A stretch of 32,000 bases of DNA from Nitrosopumilus maritimus SCM1 (GTDB lineage: Archaea; Thermoproteota; Nitrososphaeria; Nitrososphaerales; Nitrosopumilaceae). The stretch lies in assembly GCF_000018465.1 (NCBI RefSeq), contig NC_010085.1, positions 180,001 to 212,000 of the forward strand. Direction: 5' to 3'. Below, piece after piece: positions 17,789 through 27,019 of this stretch (position 1 is its first letter; each line of letters opens with the position of its first letter). Below the pieces are notes generated by a model. It was not told the DNA's origin. It saw nothing but the letters and a program-made list of their open reading frames with translations, and did not search any database. The position numbers and the translations under genes are program-made.

Positions 17789-18627
17789 CGAACATCTAGT
17801 TTGTTTTCTAAATGCATTTTCATTGCTTTGAATAATGTATCTGCCTCTAATTTTTGCCCCTTTGATTTTATTTTCTCTAAAGTATCATTTGGATCTACTT
17901 TGAAAGAATCTTGGAAAATTATTGGTCCTTGATCCAAGTTTTCAGTTACGTAATGGGATGTAACTCCTACAATCTTTGTACCTCTTTCATAAGCTTGTGC
18001 ATATGCTAGTGCACCAGGAAATGCTGGCAATAATGATGGATGTATGTTGATAATTCTATTTGGATATCTCCAAACAAAGTTAGGACTAAGAATTCTCATG
18101 TATCTTGCAAGTGAGATCAAATCAATATTGTATTTTTTACAAATCTGAATAATTTTTTCTTCTGCCTTTTGTTGATTCTTCTCTTCAACTGCAACAAATG
18201 GAATCTTTGCTTTCTTTGCTAATGATTCAAGTGTCTTTTCAGTACCTATAATTACTGAGATTTTTCCTTTTAGTGATTTTGATTTTGCAAGAATTGTTTG
18301 TAGACATAATGGTTCTTTTGTCACAAAAACTGCAATATTTTTTTGCGAATTTGTTTCATGATGAGTACTTACATCCATCTTTTCTTTTTTAGCCAAAGTT
18401 TGAATTTCTGCATCAAATTTTTTTACATTAACTGCTTTTGCAAAAGAAACTTCTAGATACATTCCAAAAAGGCCCTTGATTACATTCTGATTTACTTTCT
18501 CAATGTTTCCTCCTTTTGAGAATGCAAAATTTGTAAATGAAGCTACAATACCTTCTCTATCTTTACCAACAACTGTTATTCCAACTACTGTCTTTTTCAT
18601 GACTTTGTTTTTTGAAGATTTTCTCAT
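17758..18627 (-). CDS. purU: Formyltetrahydrofolate deformylase (PurU-type: ACT domain plus formyltransferase domain)
   Basis: N-terminal ACT-like VVGKDREGIVASFTNFAFSKGGNIEKVNQ; IINIHPSLLPAFPG and GVTSHYVTENLDQGPIIFQ. Confidence 0.88.
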   Translation of the reverse strand: MRKSSKNKVMKKTVVGITVVGKDREGIVASFTNFAFSKGGNIEKVNQNVIKGLFGMYLEVSFAKAVNVKKFDAEIQTLAKKEKMDVSTHHETNSQKNIAVFVTKEPLCLQTILAKSKSLKGKISVIIGTEKTLESLAKKAKIPFVAVEEKNQQKAEEKIIQICKKYNIDLISLARYMRILSPNFVWRYPNRIINIHPSLLPAFPGALAYAQAYERGTKIVGVTSHYVTENLDQGPIIFQDSFKVDPNDTLEKIKSKGQKLEADTLFKAMKMHLENKLDVRWRKVHIKSK

Positions 18628-18655
18628 TATTAATCATTCACAGAAATTATTGTGG

Positions 18656-18740
18656 TGCGGGAGGTGGGATTTGAACCCACGAACTCCTAAGAGATAGGGT
18701 CCTAAGCCCTACGCCTTTGACCAGGCTGGGCGACTCCCGC
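18656..18740 (-). tRNA. tRNA-Leu (anticodon TAG)
   Basis: Reverse complement GCGGGAG...TAGGG-CTTAGGA-CCCTA...long variable arm TCTCTTAGGAGTTC...GTGGG-TTCAAAT-CCCAC-CTCCCGC-A. Confidence 0.95.
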
Positions 18741-18775
18741 AACGGACTTGCCATTAAACACAAATTTATCTATTA

Positions 18776-20137
18776 TTGAATTACATCATGGCAAAATTTT
18801 TTGGCACCAATGGAATTCGTGGTGTCTTTGGTGAAGATTTTACACTGGAATTTATCCATGATATGACTTTGGCAATTGGAACTTATTTCAAAAAAGGACC
18901 AATATTGATAGGATATGATGGTAGAGATTCTAGTCCTACAATCTGTAAAGTTGTAACTTCTGCTCTAAACTCTATAGGCATTGATTGTAATGTTGCAGGA
19001 ATTGTTCCAACACCTTGTCTTGAATTTGCAGTAAAGAAATTAGGATACTCTGGAGGCATCATGATTACTGCATCTCACAACCCCCCACAATACAATGGAA
19101 TCAAACCTGCTGCAAATGATGGAGTGGAAATCTCTCGTGAAGATGAAATAGTTATTGAGGATATTTACCTTCAAAAAAATTGGATCAAAAGTGCTACAAA
19201 TTGGGGAATTACTAAAACAGAAGAACGTGCAATTGATGTTTATCTAAATGGAATTGCATCGCAAGTTAATTCTAAACTCATAGAATCAAAACATTTCAAG
19301 GTTGTTTTAGATCTTGGAAATGGTGCTCAGGCAGTTACAGCACCTAATTTTTGTAAACTTGTCAATTGTGAAACTTTTCTTGTAAATGAAAATATTGATG
19401 GCGCATTTCCAGGACGTGGTTCAGAACCCACACCTCAAAATCTTTCAGAATTATCAAAAACTGTTATTCAAAACAATGCTGATTTAGGAATAGCATTTGA
19501 CGGTGACGGCGATCGAAGTATTTTCTGTGACAACAAAGGAAATATTTTGACTGGTGATAAATCTGCACTCTTGTTAACAAAACATATCTTAACAAATAAT
19601 CCAAATTCCTTAGTTGTTACTTGTTTGAATTCTGGTTCTAATATTGAAGTTTTAGCAGAAGAATTTGATTCCAAAGTAATTCGTACAAAAGTTGGAAGTG
19701 TTGAAGTTTCAAGAAAAATGGTCCCAACTGATGCTCTAATTGGTTTTGAAGAAAATGGTGGCTTTATGTTTGGAAAACATAACCAGGTAAGAGATGGCTG
19801 TATGACTTTGGCATTAATGCTTGATCTACTAACTGCATCTTCAAATTCATTATCTGATGAAATCTCCAATCTTCCACCATCTTTTACTACAAAAGACAAG
19901 GTTTCATGTTCTCCAGAAAATGTACCAAAACTAATTTCTACACTAAAAGATGAATTCCCAAATTCTGATACTACTGATGGCATCAAAATCAACATAGATC
20001 CAAGAAATTGGGTTATGATCCGACCTAGTGGAACAGAACCAATTGTTAGAGTATATGCAGAAGCTCAAAGTCAAGAAAAATTAGACGATTTAATGTCTGA
20101 ATATCTCCAAAAAGTTAAGACAATCATCTCCAGATAA
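18776..20137 (+). CDS. glmM: Phosphoglucosamine mutase/phosphomannomutase family
   Basis: MAKFFGTNGIRGVFGE, ITASHNPPQYNGIKP, DGDGDRS, GFEENGG and RPSGTEPIVRVYAEA. The ORF-track start 18776 probably precedes the true MAKFFGTNG start at 18788. Confidence 0.92.
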   Translation: MNYIMAKFFGTNGIRGVFGEDFTLEFIHDMTLAIGTYFKKGPILIGYDGRDSSPTICKVVTSALNSIGIDCNVAGIVPTPCLEFAVKKLGYSGGIMITASHNPPQYNGIKPAANDGVEISREDEIVIEDIYLQKNWIKSATNWGITKTEERAIDVYLNGIASQVNSKLIESKHFKVVLDLGNGAQAVTAPNFCKLVNCETFLVNENIDGAFPGRGSEPTPQNLSELSKTVIQNNADLGIAFDGDGDRSIFCDNKGNILTGDKSALLLTKHILTNNPNSLVVTCLNSGSNIEVLAEEFDSKVIRTKVGSVEVSRKMVPTDALIGFEENGGFMFGKHNQVRDGCMTLALMLDLLTASSNSLSDEISNLPPSFTTKDKVSCSPENVPKLISTLKDEFPNSDTTDGIKINIDPRNWVMIRPSGTEPIVRVYAEAQSQEKLDDLMSEYLQKVKTIISR

Positions 20138-20198
20138 CACTTTTAAAACCAAACCAAAGGATGTAGGGAATGGAGAATGAACCTTAGGGTGACGAAGT

Positions 20199-20585
20199 AT
20201 GGGAAAAGCATATTATGTTAAATTTGAGACGCCAGAGGACCTCGTAAATCCAATCTTGGAGGCCGTAAGAGTAGCTTCTACTAGCGGTAAAGTCAAGAAG
20301 GGAACTAACGAAGCAACCAAGGCAATCGAACGTGGTACTAGCAAATTAATTGTCATTGCTGAAGATGTAGAACCTCCTGAGGTAGTTGCACATCTTCCAA
20401 TTCTGTGTGAGGAACAAGGAGCAGCATTTGCATTTGTTCCAAGCAAACAAGAATTAGGCAAATCATTAGGTATTGACATTACTTCTGCCGCTGCAGCAAT
20501 TTTGGATGCTGGTGACGCACAACATATTGTAGACCAAGTTGTCTCATCAATTGCTAAAATTAAAGGTGGAAAGACTGATCAATGA
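20199..20585 (+). CDS. rpl7ae: Ribosomal protein L7Ae (K-turn binding)
   Basis: [38 protein letters not shown]...YVKF-like [15 protein letters not shown]. Confidence 0.97.
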   Translation: MGKAYYVKFETPEDLVNPILEAVRVASTSGKVKKGTNEATKAIERGTSKLIVIAEDVEPPEVVAHLPILCEEQGAAFAFVPSKQELGKSLGIDITSAAAAILDAGDAQHIVDQVVSSIAKIKGGKTDQ

Positions 20586-20794
20586 GCGCTACAACTGATG
20601 AAGTAGTTCACTCTGAAATTATTCAAATTGTTGGACGAACTGGTATTGCTGGTGAAGTAATTCAAGTTAGAGTTAAAGTTCTTACTGGAAAAGATAAAGG
20701 TAGAATTCTTACAAGAAACGTCAAAGGTTCTGTTAGATTGGGAGAAATTCTAATGCTAAGAGAAACAGAGAGAGAAGCAAAGAAGATCAAATAG
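20582..20794 (+). CDS. rps28e: Ribosomal protein S28e
   Basis: [56 protein letters not shown]. Confidence 0.97.
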   Translation: MSATTDEVVHSEIIQIVGRTGIAGEVIQVRVKVLTGKDKGRILTRNVKGSVRLGEILMLRETEREAKKIK

Positions 20795-20803
20795 GTGAAT
20801 TGA

Positions 20804-21004
20804 ATGAGTCTTTTAGTTAAACCATGTAATTTCTGTAACAGACCAGTTGCAAAGGGTTCTGGTACGATGCTTGCAAAAAATGATGGAACTGTCTTGTGGT
20901 TTTGTTCTGCAAAATGCAAAAAGAATGCACTAGAACTAAAACGTGACCCAAGAAAATTCAAGTGGACAAAGAAATACGTCAAAGGCGGAATTAGAAAGAA
21001 GTAA
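20804..21004 (+). CDS. rpl24e: Ribosomal protein L24e
   Basis: [48 protein letters not shown]. Confidence 0.96.
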   Translation: MSLLVKPCNFCNRPVAKGSGTMLAKNDGTVLWFCSAKCKKNALELKRDPRKFKWTKKYVKGGIRKK

Positions 21005-21006
21005 AA

Positions 21007-21408
21007 TTGACTGAAAAATCATTATTCATTGTAAAGCCAGATGCAGTAGCTAGAAATCTAGTTGGCGAAGTTATCTCTAGATTTGAAAGAAAGGGATTCA
21101 AAATTTTGAAATTAAAGATGTTTACATTTACACAAGAACAAGCAGAAAACTTCTATGGTGTTCATAAAGACAAACCATTTTTTGGTGAACTGACATCATT
21201 TATCACATCAGGACCTGTAGTTGCAGCAATTATTGAAGGCAATAATGCAATTGCAACTACTAGAATAATGATTGGAGCAACAAAATCCTTTGAAGCAGCA
21301 CCTGGTTCTATTAGAGGTGACTTTGGATTAGGATTTAGTGAAAATATTATTCACGCATCAGATTCACAAGAAAGTTTTGATCACGAATCGAGGGTAGCAT
21401 TTGAGTGA
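21007..21408 (+). CDS. ndk: Nucleoside diphosphate kinase (TTG start)
   Basis: [45 protein letters not shown] and [15 protein letters not shown]. Confidence 0.97.
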   Translation: MTEKSLFIVKPDAVARNLVGEVISRFERKGFKILKLKMFTFTQEQAENFYGVHKDKPFFGELTSFITSGPVVAAIIEGNNAIATTRIMIGATKSFEAAPGSIRGDFGLGFSENIIHASDSQESFDHESRVAFE

Positions 21409-21414
21409 TCTGAT

Positions 21415-23196
21415 TTGCAAATTCGTCAGCCCATAGTGGCAGTTCTTGGTCACGTAGACTCTGGCAAAACATCACTTTTAGATAGAATTCGTGGAACAGG
21501 TGTTCAAGGTAGAGAAGCTGGAGGAATCACACAACATATCGGTGCTAGCTTTCTACCTACTGAAACAATCAAAGAAACCTGTGGTCCTTTATACAAGAAA
21601 CTAGAACAATCAGAAAACAAAGTTCCCGGAATTTTAGTTATTGACACACCAGGACACGAAGTCTTTACAAATCTTCGTTCTCGTGGAGGTTCTGCTGCTG
21701 ATATTGCAGTTTTAGTAGTTGATGTTAATCGTGGATTTCAACCACAAACAAACGAAAGTTTGAAAATTTTACAAAGTAGAAAAGTTCCTTTTGTTGTAGC
21801 TTTGAACAAATGTGACCAAATTTCTGGATGGAGAAAATCTGAAACATCCTTTATTTCACAAGCAATCAAAGAACAAGATGCATCTATTCAAGCTGATCTT
21901 GATCAAAAAATCTATGATGTAGTTGGCACACTTTCTGTATTAGGATACCAATCTGAAGCATTTTATCGTGTAAAGGACTTTAAATCTGAAATTGCAATCG
22001 TTCCAATCTCTGCACGTTCTGGTGTTGGAATTCCAGAATTACTTAGCGTTTTAGTGGGGTTAACTCAACAATATCTCCAAAAAAGACTAAGTCAAGAAGA
22101 AAAAGATCCCCGTGGAATTGTTTTAGAAGTAAAAGATGAAGTTGGATTAGGTCAAACTGCAAATATTATACTAATTGATGGTTCAATCAAAAAAGAAGAC
22201 AGTATAGTTGTTGCAAAACGTGATGGTGTAATTGTCACAAAACCAAAAGCATTGTTGTTGCCAAAAGCTCTTGATGAAATGCGTGATCCTCGTGATAAAT
22301 TCAAACCAACCCCTCAGGTAGATGCCGCAGCCGGATTAAAGATTGCATCCCCTGAACTAGAAGGAGTTCTTCCGGGAAGTACTCTCTATGTTGCAAGAAA
22401 TGATGATGAGGTTACAAAATACACCAATCTCATAGAATCTGAGATGAAATCCATGTTTGTAGATACTGAAACTAATGGAATTATTCTAAAATGTGATACC
22501 ATTGGTTCACTTGAAGCTATTGTTGAGATGCTACGACGATCACAAGTACCAGTAGCTAAAGCCGATATTGGTCCTGTAAATAGACGTGATGTAATTGAAG
22601 CTAAAGCAATAAAAGAAAAGGACAGACATTTGGGAATTGTTTTAGCATTTAATGTCAAGGTTTTACCTGATGCAAAAGAAGAATCAGAAATTAGTCACAT
22701 CAAAATCTTTGAAGACAAAGTAATCTATAGTTTAATTGATAACTATAATGCTTGGGTTGAAGAAGATACCGCACATCAAGAGGATGCAATATTTTCTGAA
22801 TTAACACCTGTTTCCAAGTTTACTTTTCTTAAAGGAATGGTGTTTAGAAATAACAATCCTGCAGTTTTTGGAATTAGAATAGATGTTGGAACACTAAAAC
22901 ACAAAATTCCATTTATGAATTCTGATGGACGAAGAATTGGAAACATCCACCAACTTCAACATGATAAAAAAACAGTAACTTCAGCTAAAACAGGTGATGA
23001 AGTTGCATGTTCAGTTCAAGATGTAACCATTGGAAGACAAATTTTTGAAGAAGAAGTGTTTTACACATTTCCTCCATCTCATGAAGCAAAACAATTACTA
23101 AACAAATTCATGCATAAACTAAGTACTGAAGAACAAGAAGTACTAAATGAAATAGTAGAAATTCAAAGAAAGAAAGAAGCAGCTTATGCTTACTAA
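21415..23196 (+). CDS. infB: Translation initiation factor aIF5B (IF-2 family, TTG start)
   Basis: GHVDSGKTSLLDRIRG, VIDTPGHEVF and ALNKCDQI GTPase motifs; full length 593 aa. Confidence 0.97.
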   Translation: MQIRQPIVAVLGHVDSGKTSLLDRIRGTGVQGREAGGITQHIGASFLPTETIKETCGPLYKKLEQSENKVPGILVIDTPGHEVFTNLRSRGGSAADIAVLVVDVNRGFQPQTNESLKILQSRKVPFVVALNKCDQISGWRKSETSFISQAIKEQDASIQADLDQKIYDVVGTLSVLGYQSEAFYRVKDFKSEIAIVPISARSGVGIPELLSVLVGLTQQYLQKRLSQEEKDPRGIVLEVKDEVGLGQTANIILIDGSIKKEDSIVVAKRDGVIVTKPKALLLPKALDEMRDPRDKFKPTPQVDAAAGLKIASPELEGVLPGSTLYVARNDDEVTKYTNLIESEMKSMFVDTETNGIILKCDTIGSLEAIVEMLRRSQVPVAKADIGPVNRRDVIEAKAIKEKDRHLGIVLAFNVKVLPDAKEESEISHIKIFEDKVIYSLIDNYNAWVEEDTAHQEDAIFSELTPVSKFTFLKGMVFRNNNPAVFGIRIDVGTLKHKIPFMNSDGRRIGNIHQLQHDKKTVTSAKTGDEVACSVQDVTIGRQIFEEEVFYTFPPSHEAKQLLNKFMHKLSTEEQEVLNEIVEIQRKKEAAYAY

Positions 23197-23198
23197 TT

Positions 23199-23612
23199 TT
23201 ATTGAGAATGTTTCTGACAAATCATATTGATTCCAGGAGCTCCTACTGCACCCATCATCTTATCTACAATTTGTCCTGATTTGAACATGATAAATGTTGG
23301 AATGGATTGTACTGCATATTTCATTGCAATATTTTGATTATTGTCAACATTAACTCTTGCAAATTTTACTTTGGGATATTTTTTTGATAGACTCTCAAAT
23401 ACTGGGTGCATCATTTTACATGGTCCACACCACTCTGCCCAAAAATCTACTAAAGTTGGATTTTCAGCCAAAATTGTCTGATCAAAATTTGAATCATTCA
23501 AATCAATAATTCCAGGCTCAACTTTAGGCTGGTTTTGCTGTTTTAACATTTCTTCTAATTTTCTTTGTTTGATTTTTTCAATTTCTGGATCTTCAGACAA
23601 TGTGTTATCCAA
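23199..23612 (-). CDS. Thioredoxin with charged N-terminal extension
   Basis: PTLVDFWAEWCGPCKMMHPVFESL, IPTFIMFKSG, plus a ~35-aa Lys/Glu-rich N-terminal extension. Confidence 0.94.
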   Translation of the reverse strand: MDNTLSEDPEIEKIKQRKLEEMLKQQNQPKVEPGIIDLNDSNFDQTILAENPTLVDFWAEWCGPCKMMHPVFESLSKKYPKVKFARVNVDNNQNIAMKYAVQSIPTFIMFKSGQIVDKMMGAVGAPGINMICQKHSQ

Positions 23613-23644
23613 ACCTCTTTTACTAAAAAATCTATATTGAAAGA

Positions 23645-23791
23645 TTATTCATCTGCTGATTTTACAGGAATTGCTTCATATCTTCTTGATTTGCAAATAG
23701 GACATTGATCGATATATTTTGTAAAACTAACTGAAGTGTATGCAATTCCACAATCTCCACAAATTCGAAGATTTCTACTTAACTTTCCCAT
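23645..23791 (-). CDS. Small zinc-ribbon protein, absent from the supplied ORF track
   Basis: My reverse-strand translation: MGKLSRNLRICGDCGIAYTSVSFTKYIDQCPICKSRRYEAIPVKSADE*, with two CXXC pairs. Confidence 0.65.
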   Translation of the reverse strand: MGKLSRNLRICGDCGIAYTSVSFTKYIDQCPICKSRRYEAIPVKSADE

Positions 23792-23815
23792 GTTGATTAT
23801 CAAAAAGTATTATGA

Positions 23816-25486
23816 TTAAAACCTAACTCGTCTTACTTTTTTTATTCCAAAAAACAACATTGCTGGTACTGCAAAATAAATTCCAATATTCATCAATATC
23901 ACTCCAACTCCATATCCAAGAACTTGTGATTCTGATTCTGCATATTTCATTACAGACAATGATGATAATAATGGTGTAATTCCAATCTTTATTGCTTCTT
24001 TGAACATTGGATTTTCTCTTTGCATATCTGCAATGTATGGTGAGAATGAATAGTAAATTTGGTTAAATCCAGTCATAAATGACATTCCTGACTCAGTATT
24101 CATTAATTGATTATCACGAATTTCTCTTAAGAGTTGAACTTGTGGTGCCATCTCAGAACCATATGCTGCAGTTGCAATTAGGCAACCGCCCCCATCATTA
24201 CTTTCTATTGGAATAACTGTACATTCTCCATTTACTAGATTTGTTCCTACACCACATTCTCCAAATTCTTTTTCAACAATTTTCGGTTCACCTAATCCCA
24301 CTGCTTCAAAAATTGTCATTTCAGGATATGTTTTATCAAACCAATCTTTGTATGTGATTTCATTATTGTATCTCTCTACATAGTACTGTGGATCTAGATT
24401 AGGATCAACAAATGGTGCCAAGACCTTTGGTTCTTCTAGTCCTACAGCCTGATAAATTGAAGAATATTCTGAATAATTGTCATCAAACCACTTTTTGTAA
24501 CCTTCTTCATCATTGTATCTGTCTACGTAACTTTGAGGATCTTTTGTTTCATCTACAAATGGTGCAGGAATCTCTAGAGGTTCTTCTAGTCCTACAGCCT
24601 GATAAATTGAAGAATATTCTGAATAATTGTCATCAAACCACTTTTTGTAACCTTCTTCATCATTGTATCTGTCTACGTAACTTTGAGGATCTTTTGTTTC
24701 ATCTACAAATGGTGCAGGAATCTCTAATTCTTTTGGCTCAGGTACAGCTTCTTTTGGCTCAGGTACAGCTTCTTTTGGCTCAGGTACAGTTTCTGTTGTT
24801 TCTTTTGGTTCAGGATTTACTGCAACAGGTTCATTGACTGTAATCGTAACTGTTTGTCTATCTGTTTGACTGCCTCTTGTTACAACAATATCAAAAGTGT
24901 ATTCTGCTCCTGGATTATTCCCATGAGATCCTGATGGAGTCCATACAAATTTCCCTGTACTTGAATCAATTGTTGCTCCACTAGGTGGATTTTTTTCTAA
25001 ACTATATACTTCATCTTCAACAGAACTGTCTGTAATACTAACAGTAAATGAAACAGTCTTTAATTCATCAATTTCTTTGTCCGAAATAGGTTTTAATTCC
25101 AAAACAAAATCAGGCATCTCAAAAATTTTCTTTCCATCATATTCAATTTTTATTGTGAGACCTTCTTCTTCTTTTTGACTATCTGTGAATGCTGTTGCAT
25201 TGTATATTCCTTGACTAGAAAAGAAATTTTCTACTGGCCTTGGTATCACAGAAAATTCACCCTGACCAGGTGCTGGATCAGATAGCATTCCTTTAAAATT
25301 CCCACTTGAATCGCGAATTATAATGTATACTGTTTCTTTTCCTTCTTGCTCTCCACTGAAAGTGAAAGTCTCATCTATTGTGTAAAAACTCCTATCTAAT
25401 GAAAATGATGTAACACTAGCATAAGCAGGCGTTAGCATAAGTAAAGATAATGAAAATACTGCAAATATTCCTAATTTTGTATTCAC
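23816..25486 (-). CDS. Exported/surface repeat protein with cadherin/PKD-like domain, tandem 50-aa repeats and CFI-box-like C-terminal region
   Basis: Signal peptide MNTKLGIFAVFSLSLLMLTPAYA, Ig-like domain, SGATIDSSTGKFVWTPSG, PEPKEAV repeats, 50-aa repeats, then GGGCLIATAAYGSEMAPQVQLLREIRD and a C-terminal TM segment followed by basic KKVRRVRF. Confidence 0.88.
   Translation of the reverse strand: MNTKLGIFAVFSLSLLMLTPAYASVTSFSLDRSFYTIDETFTFSGEQEGKETVYIIIRDSSGNFKGMLSDPAPGQGEFSVIPRPVENFFSSQGIYNATAFTDSQKEEEGLTIKIEYDGKKIFEMPDFVLELKPISDKEIDELKTVSFTVSITDSSVEDEVYSLEKNPPSGATIDSSTGKFVWTPSGSHGNNPGAEYTFDIVVTRGSQTDRQTVTITVNEPVAVNPEPKETTETVPEPKEAVPEPKEAVPEPKELEIPAPFVDETKDPQSYVDRYNDEEGYKKWFDDNYSEYSSIYQAVGLEEPLEIPAPFVDETKDPQSYVDRYNDEEGYKKWFDDNYSEYSSIYQAVGLEEPKVLAPFVDPNLDPQYYVERYNNEITYKDWFDKTYPEMTIFEAVGLGEPKIVEKEFGECGVGTNLVNGECTVIPIESNDGGGCLIATAAYGSEMAPQVQLLREIRDNQLMNTESGMSFMTGFNQIYYSFSPYIADMQRENPMFKEAIKIGITPLLSSLSVMKYAESESQVLGYGVGVILMNIGIYFAVPAMLFFGIKKVRRVRF
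24429..24728 (-). repeat. Two near-identical 150-bp tandem repeats within the exported protein gene
   Basis: ggttcttctagtcctacagcctgataaattgaag starts at 24429 and again at 24579. It encodes two copies of EIPAPFVDETKDPQSYVDRYNDEEGYKKWFDDNYSEYSSIYQAVGLEEP; a diverged third copy lies C-terminal to these (lower coordinates). Confidence 0.95.
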
Positions 25487-25564
25487 AAAACTCCTTTGTC
25501 TTTTAGCCTTTTAAAAAACACGTATAATTTCTTCTAGAGATTTGCAAAGAAATCTTCACAAAAA

Positions 25565-25981
25565 TTACAAATCAAGCAAAAATCTCATAAACACCCCTCC
25601 ATTTTGTTTGATTTCCATGTCATAAAATGTTGGAGCCTTTATTTCCACTTTGAAATTGTGTTTTTTAAAATCAAGCGGTTCACCATATGCTGTTGCATTT
25701 ATTTTATAATCTTGGTTTTGAGTTATATCAAATTCTATTCTTTTAATTGCAAATCCTTCTGTAATTAACAAAAAAGGAATTTCTTCTAACCAACTAAATA
25801 ACAAATATCTCAAGTCTTTTCCTTCTGCAACAAATTTTCTTTGTTCTTTCTCTTCTACTTTGTCTTGATCAAGTGTTAAATTAATTACAGCATCAGCTGT
25901 TACTGAAAATGCTTCTTGAAGATCTTTTGCTGTAACTTCAATGATTGCATCTGTTGCATGGTCTACAAACTTGTAACTCAA
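25565..25981 (-). CDS. Archease (tRNA ligase RtcB cofactor family)
   Basis: YKFVDHATDAIIEVTAKDLQEAF, RYLLFSWLEEIPFLL, VKAPTFYDMEI-like KIEAPTFYDMEI and terminal FLLDL. Confidence 0.93.
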   Translation of the reverse strand: MSYKFVDHATDAIIEVTAKDLQEAFSVTADAVINLTLDQDKVEEKEQRKFVAEGKDLRYLLFSWLEEIPFLLITEGFAIKRIEFDITQNQDYKINATAYGEPLDFKKHNFKVEIKAPTFYDMEIKQNGGVFMRFLLDL

Positions 25982-26023
25982 TTGTATGTTTTGACCTCTT
26001 TCTAATTATTAATCTAGTTGGTG

Positions 26024-26416
26024 TTACTTTGCTTTATCATCCATCTCGATGATTCCAAATGCATTCATTTCCGTATCTGTACACTGTGCAAACCATCCCA
26101 CTTTAGGAATTGCCATTTTTGGAACAATTATCTGTCCACCTTTCTCAACAATTTTCTTTGAAAATTCATCAATTGATGGAACCGTAATTGTATTTGTTAT
26201 GCCTATTTGCCCCGGAATTCTCTTTGACAATCCTCCATTAATTCCAGGTTTTTCTTCAGAACCTGTGTTGATTACCCAATAATCTATTGGTCCGTCCCAC
26301 TTTTCAAATTTCCAATCAAAAACTTCTTTGTAGAATTTTTGAGTTCTTTCTGGATTGTCTGATGGAATATCAAAATGTGAAACTCTTGGCATAATTCTCT
26401 CCCAACTTCTAGTCAT
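26024..26416 (-). CDS. Glyoxalase/VOC-superfamily protein
   Basis: VSHFDIPSDNPERTQKFYKEVFDWKFEKW...GGQIIVPKMAIPKVGWFAQCTDTEMNAFGIIE. Confidence 0.9.
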   Translation of the reverse strand: MTRSWERIMPRVSHFDIPSDNPERTQKFYKEVFDWKFEKWDGPIDYWVINTGSEEKPGINGGLSKRIPGQIGITNTITVPSIDEFSKKIVEKGGQIIVPKMAIPKVGWFAQCTDTEMNAFGIIEMDDKAK

Positions 26417-26482
26417 AAAATAATTTCTAATTCTATTTTTTACTCGTAAAGTAATTTAATACGATTTTATTTTCAGAATCAA

Positions 26483-27019
26483 ATGGAACCATTTGATTCA
26501 TTTCTTGTATTTATTACAGAATTTTTAGGGAATCATCTCTATGAGGGTATTTTTTTGGCAGCTTTAGTTGAAACTATAGTTCCTCCAATTCCTACTTTGG
26601 CAGTTTTTCCAACAGCTGGCTTTCTAGCTTCCCAACAAGGAATTCCTCTTATTGGTATAATACCTATGATAATTCTTGGTGCAACTGGTGCTACGATAGG
26701 AACCTCTTCGATTTACTTTATAGCCCTAAAACTTGGTAGAGCCGTTTTACTGCGTTATCTAAAACACTTTAGAATATCTGAAAAAAAATTAGTTCGTGTT
26801 GAGGATTGGTTTGAAAAATATGGTGATAAGGCTGTCTTCCTTGGAAGAATGGTTCCTGTTATGCGTGAAATGATTTCAGTTCCTGCAGGATTACTTAAAA
26901 TGAAAATCCCAAAATTCATTTTGTATACATTTGCAGGTTCTTGTATTTGGTCTACTGGAACCATTTTATCTGGATATTATTTTGGAGAGGCAATGGGACT
27001 TGCAACTAGTCAAATTTAG
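26483..27019 (+). CDS. DedA/SNARE-associated family membrane protein
   Basis: FLGNHLYEGIFLAALVETIVPPIPT, GATIGTSSIYFIALKLGR and GRMVPVMREMISVPAGLLKM. Confidence 0.92.
   Translation: MEPFDSFLVFITEFLGNHLYEGIFLAALVETIVPPIPTLAVFPTAGFLASQQGIPLIGIIPMIILGATGATIGTSSIYFIALKLGRAVLLRYLKHFRISEKKLVRVEDWFEKYGDKAVFLGRMVPVMREMISVPAGLLKMKIPKFILYTFAGSCIWSTGTILSGYYFGEAMGLATSQI

Noticed and set aside
18503-18697. 64-aa plus-strand ORF ending LLWCGRWDLNPRTPKR
   Set aside because: Runs through the tRNA-Leu gene antisense to it (classic WDLNPRTP artefact) and antisense to purU.
19468-19995. 175-aa minus-strand ORF
   Set aside because: Antisense to glmM, which has all catalytic motifs; a shadow ORF.
20160-20200. 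Possible kink-turn L7Ae autoregulatory element upstream of rpl7ae (GGGTGACGAAG)
   Set aside because: The GGTGA string is better explained as a Shine-Dalgarno sequence; the same AGGTGA precedes rpl24e at about 20790. No convincing K-turn stems were found.
24412-24837. 141-aa plus-strand ORF (MVPRPLVLLVLQPDKLKNI...) with apparent repeats
   Set aside because: It lies antisense to the real exported repeat-protein gene; its repeats are simply the other strand of the 150-bp and 21-bp coding repeats. Low-complexity Leu/Gln translation supports it being spurious.
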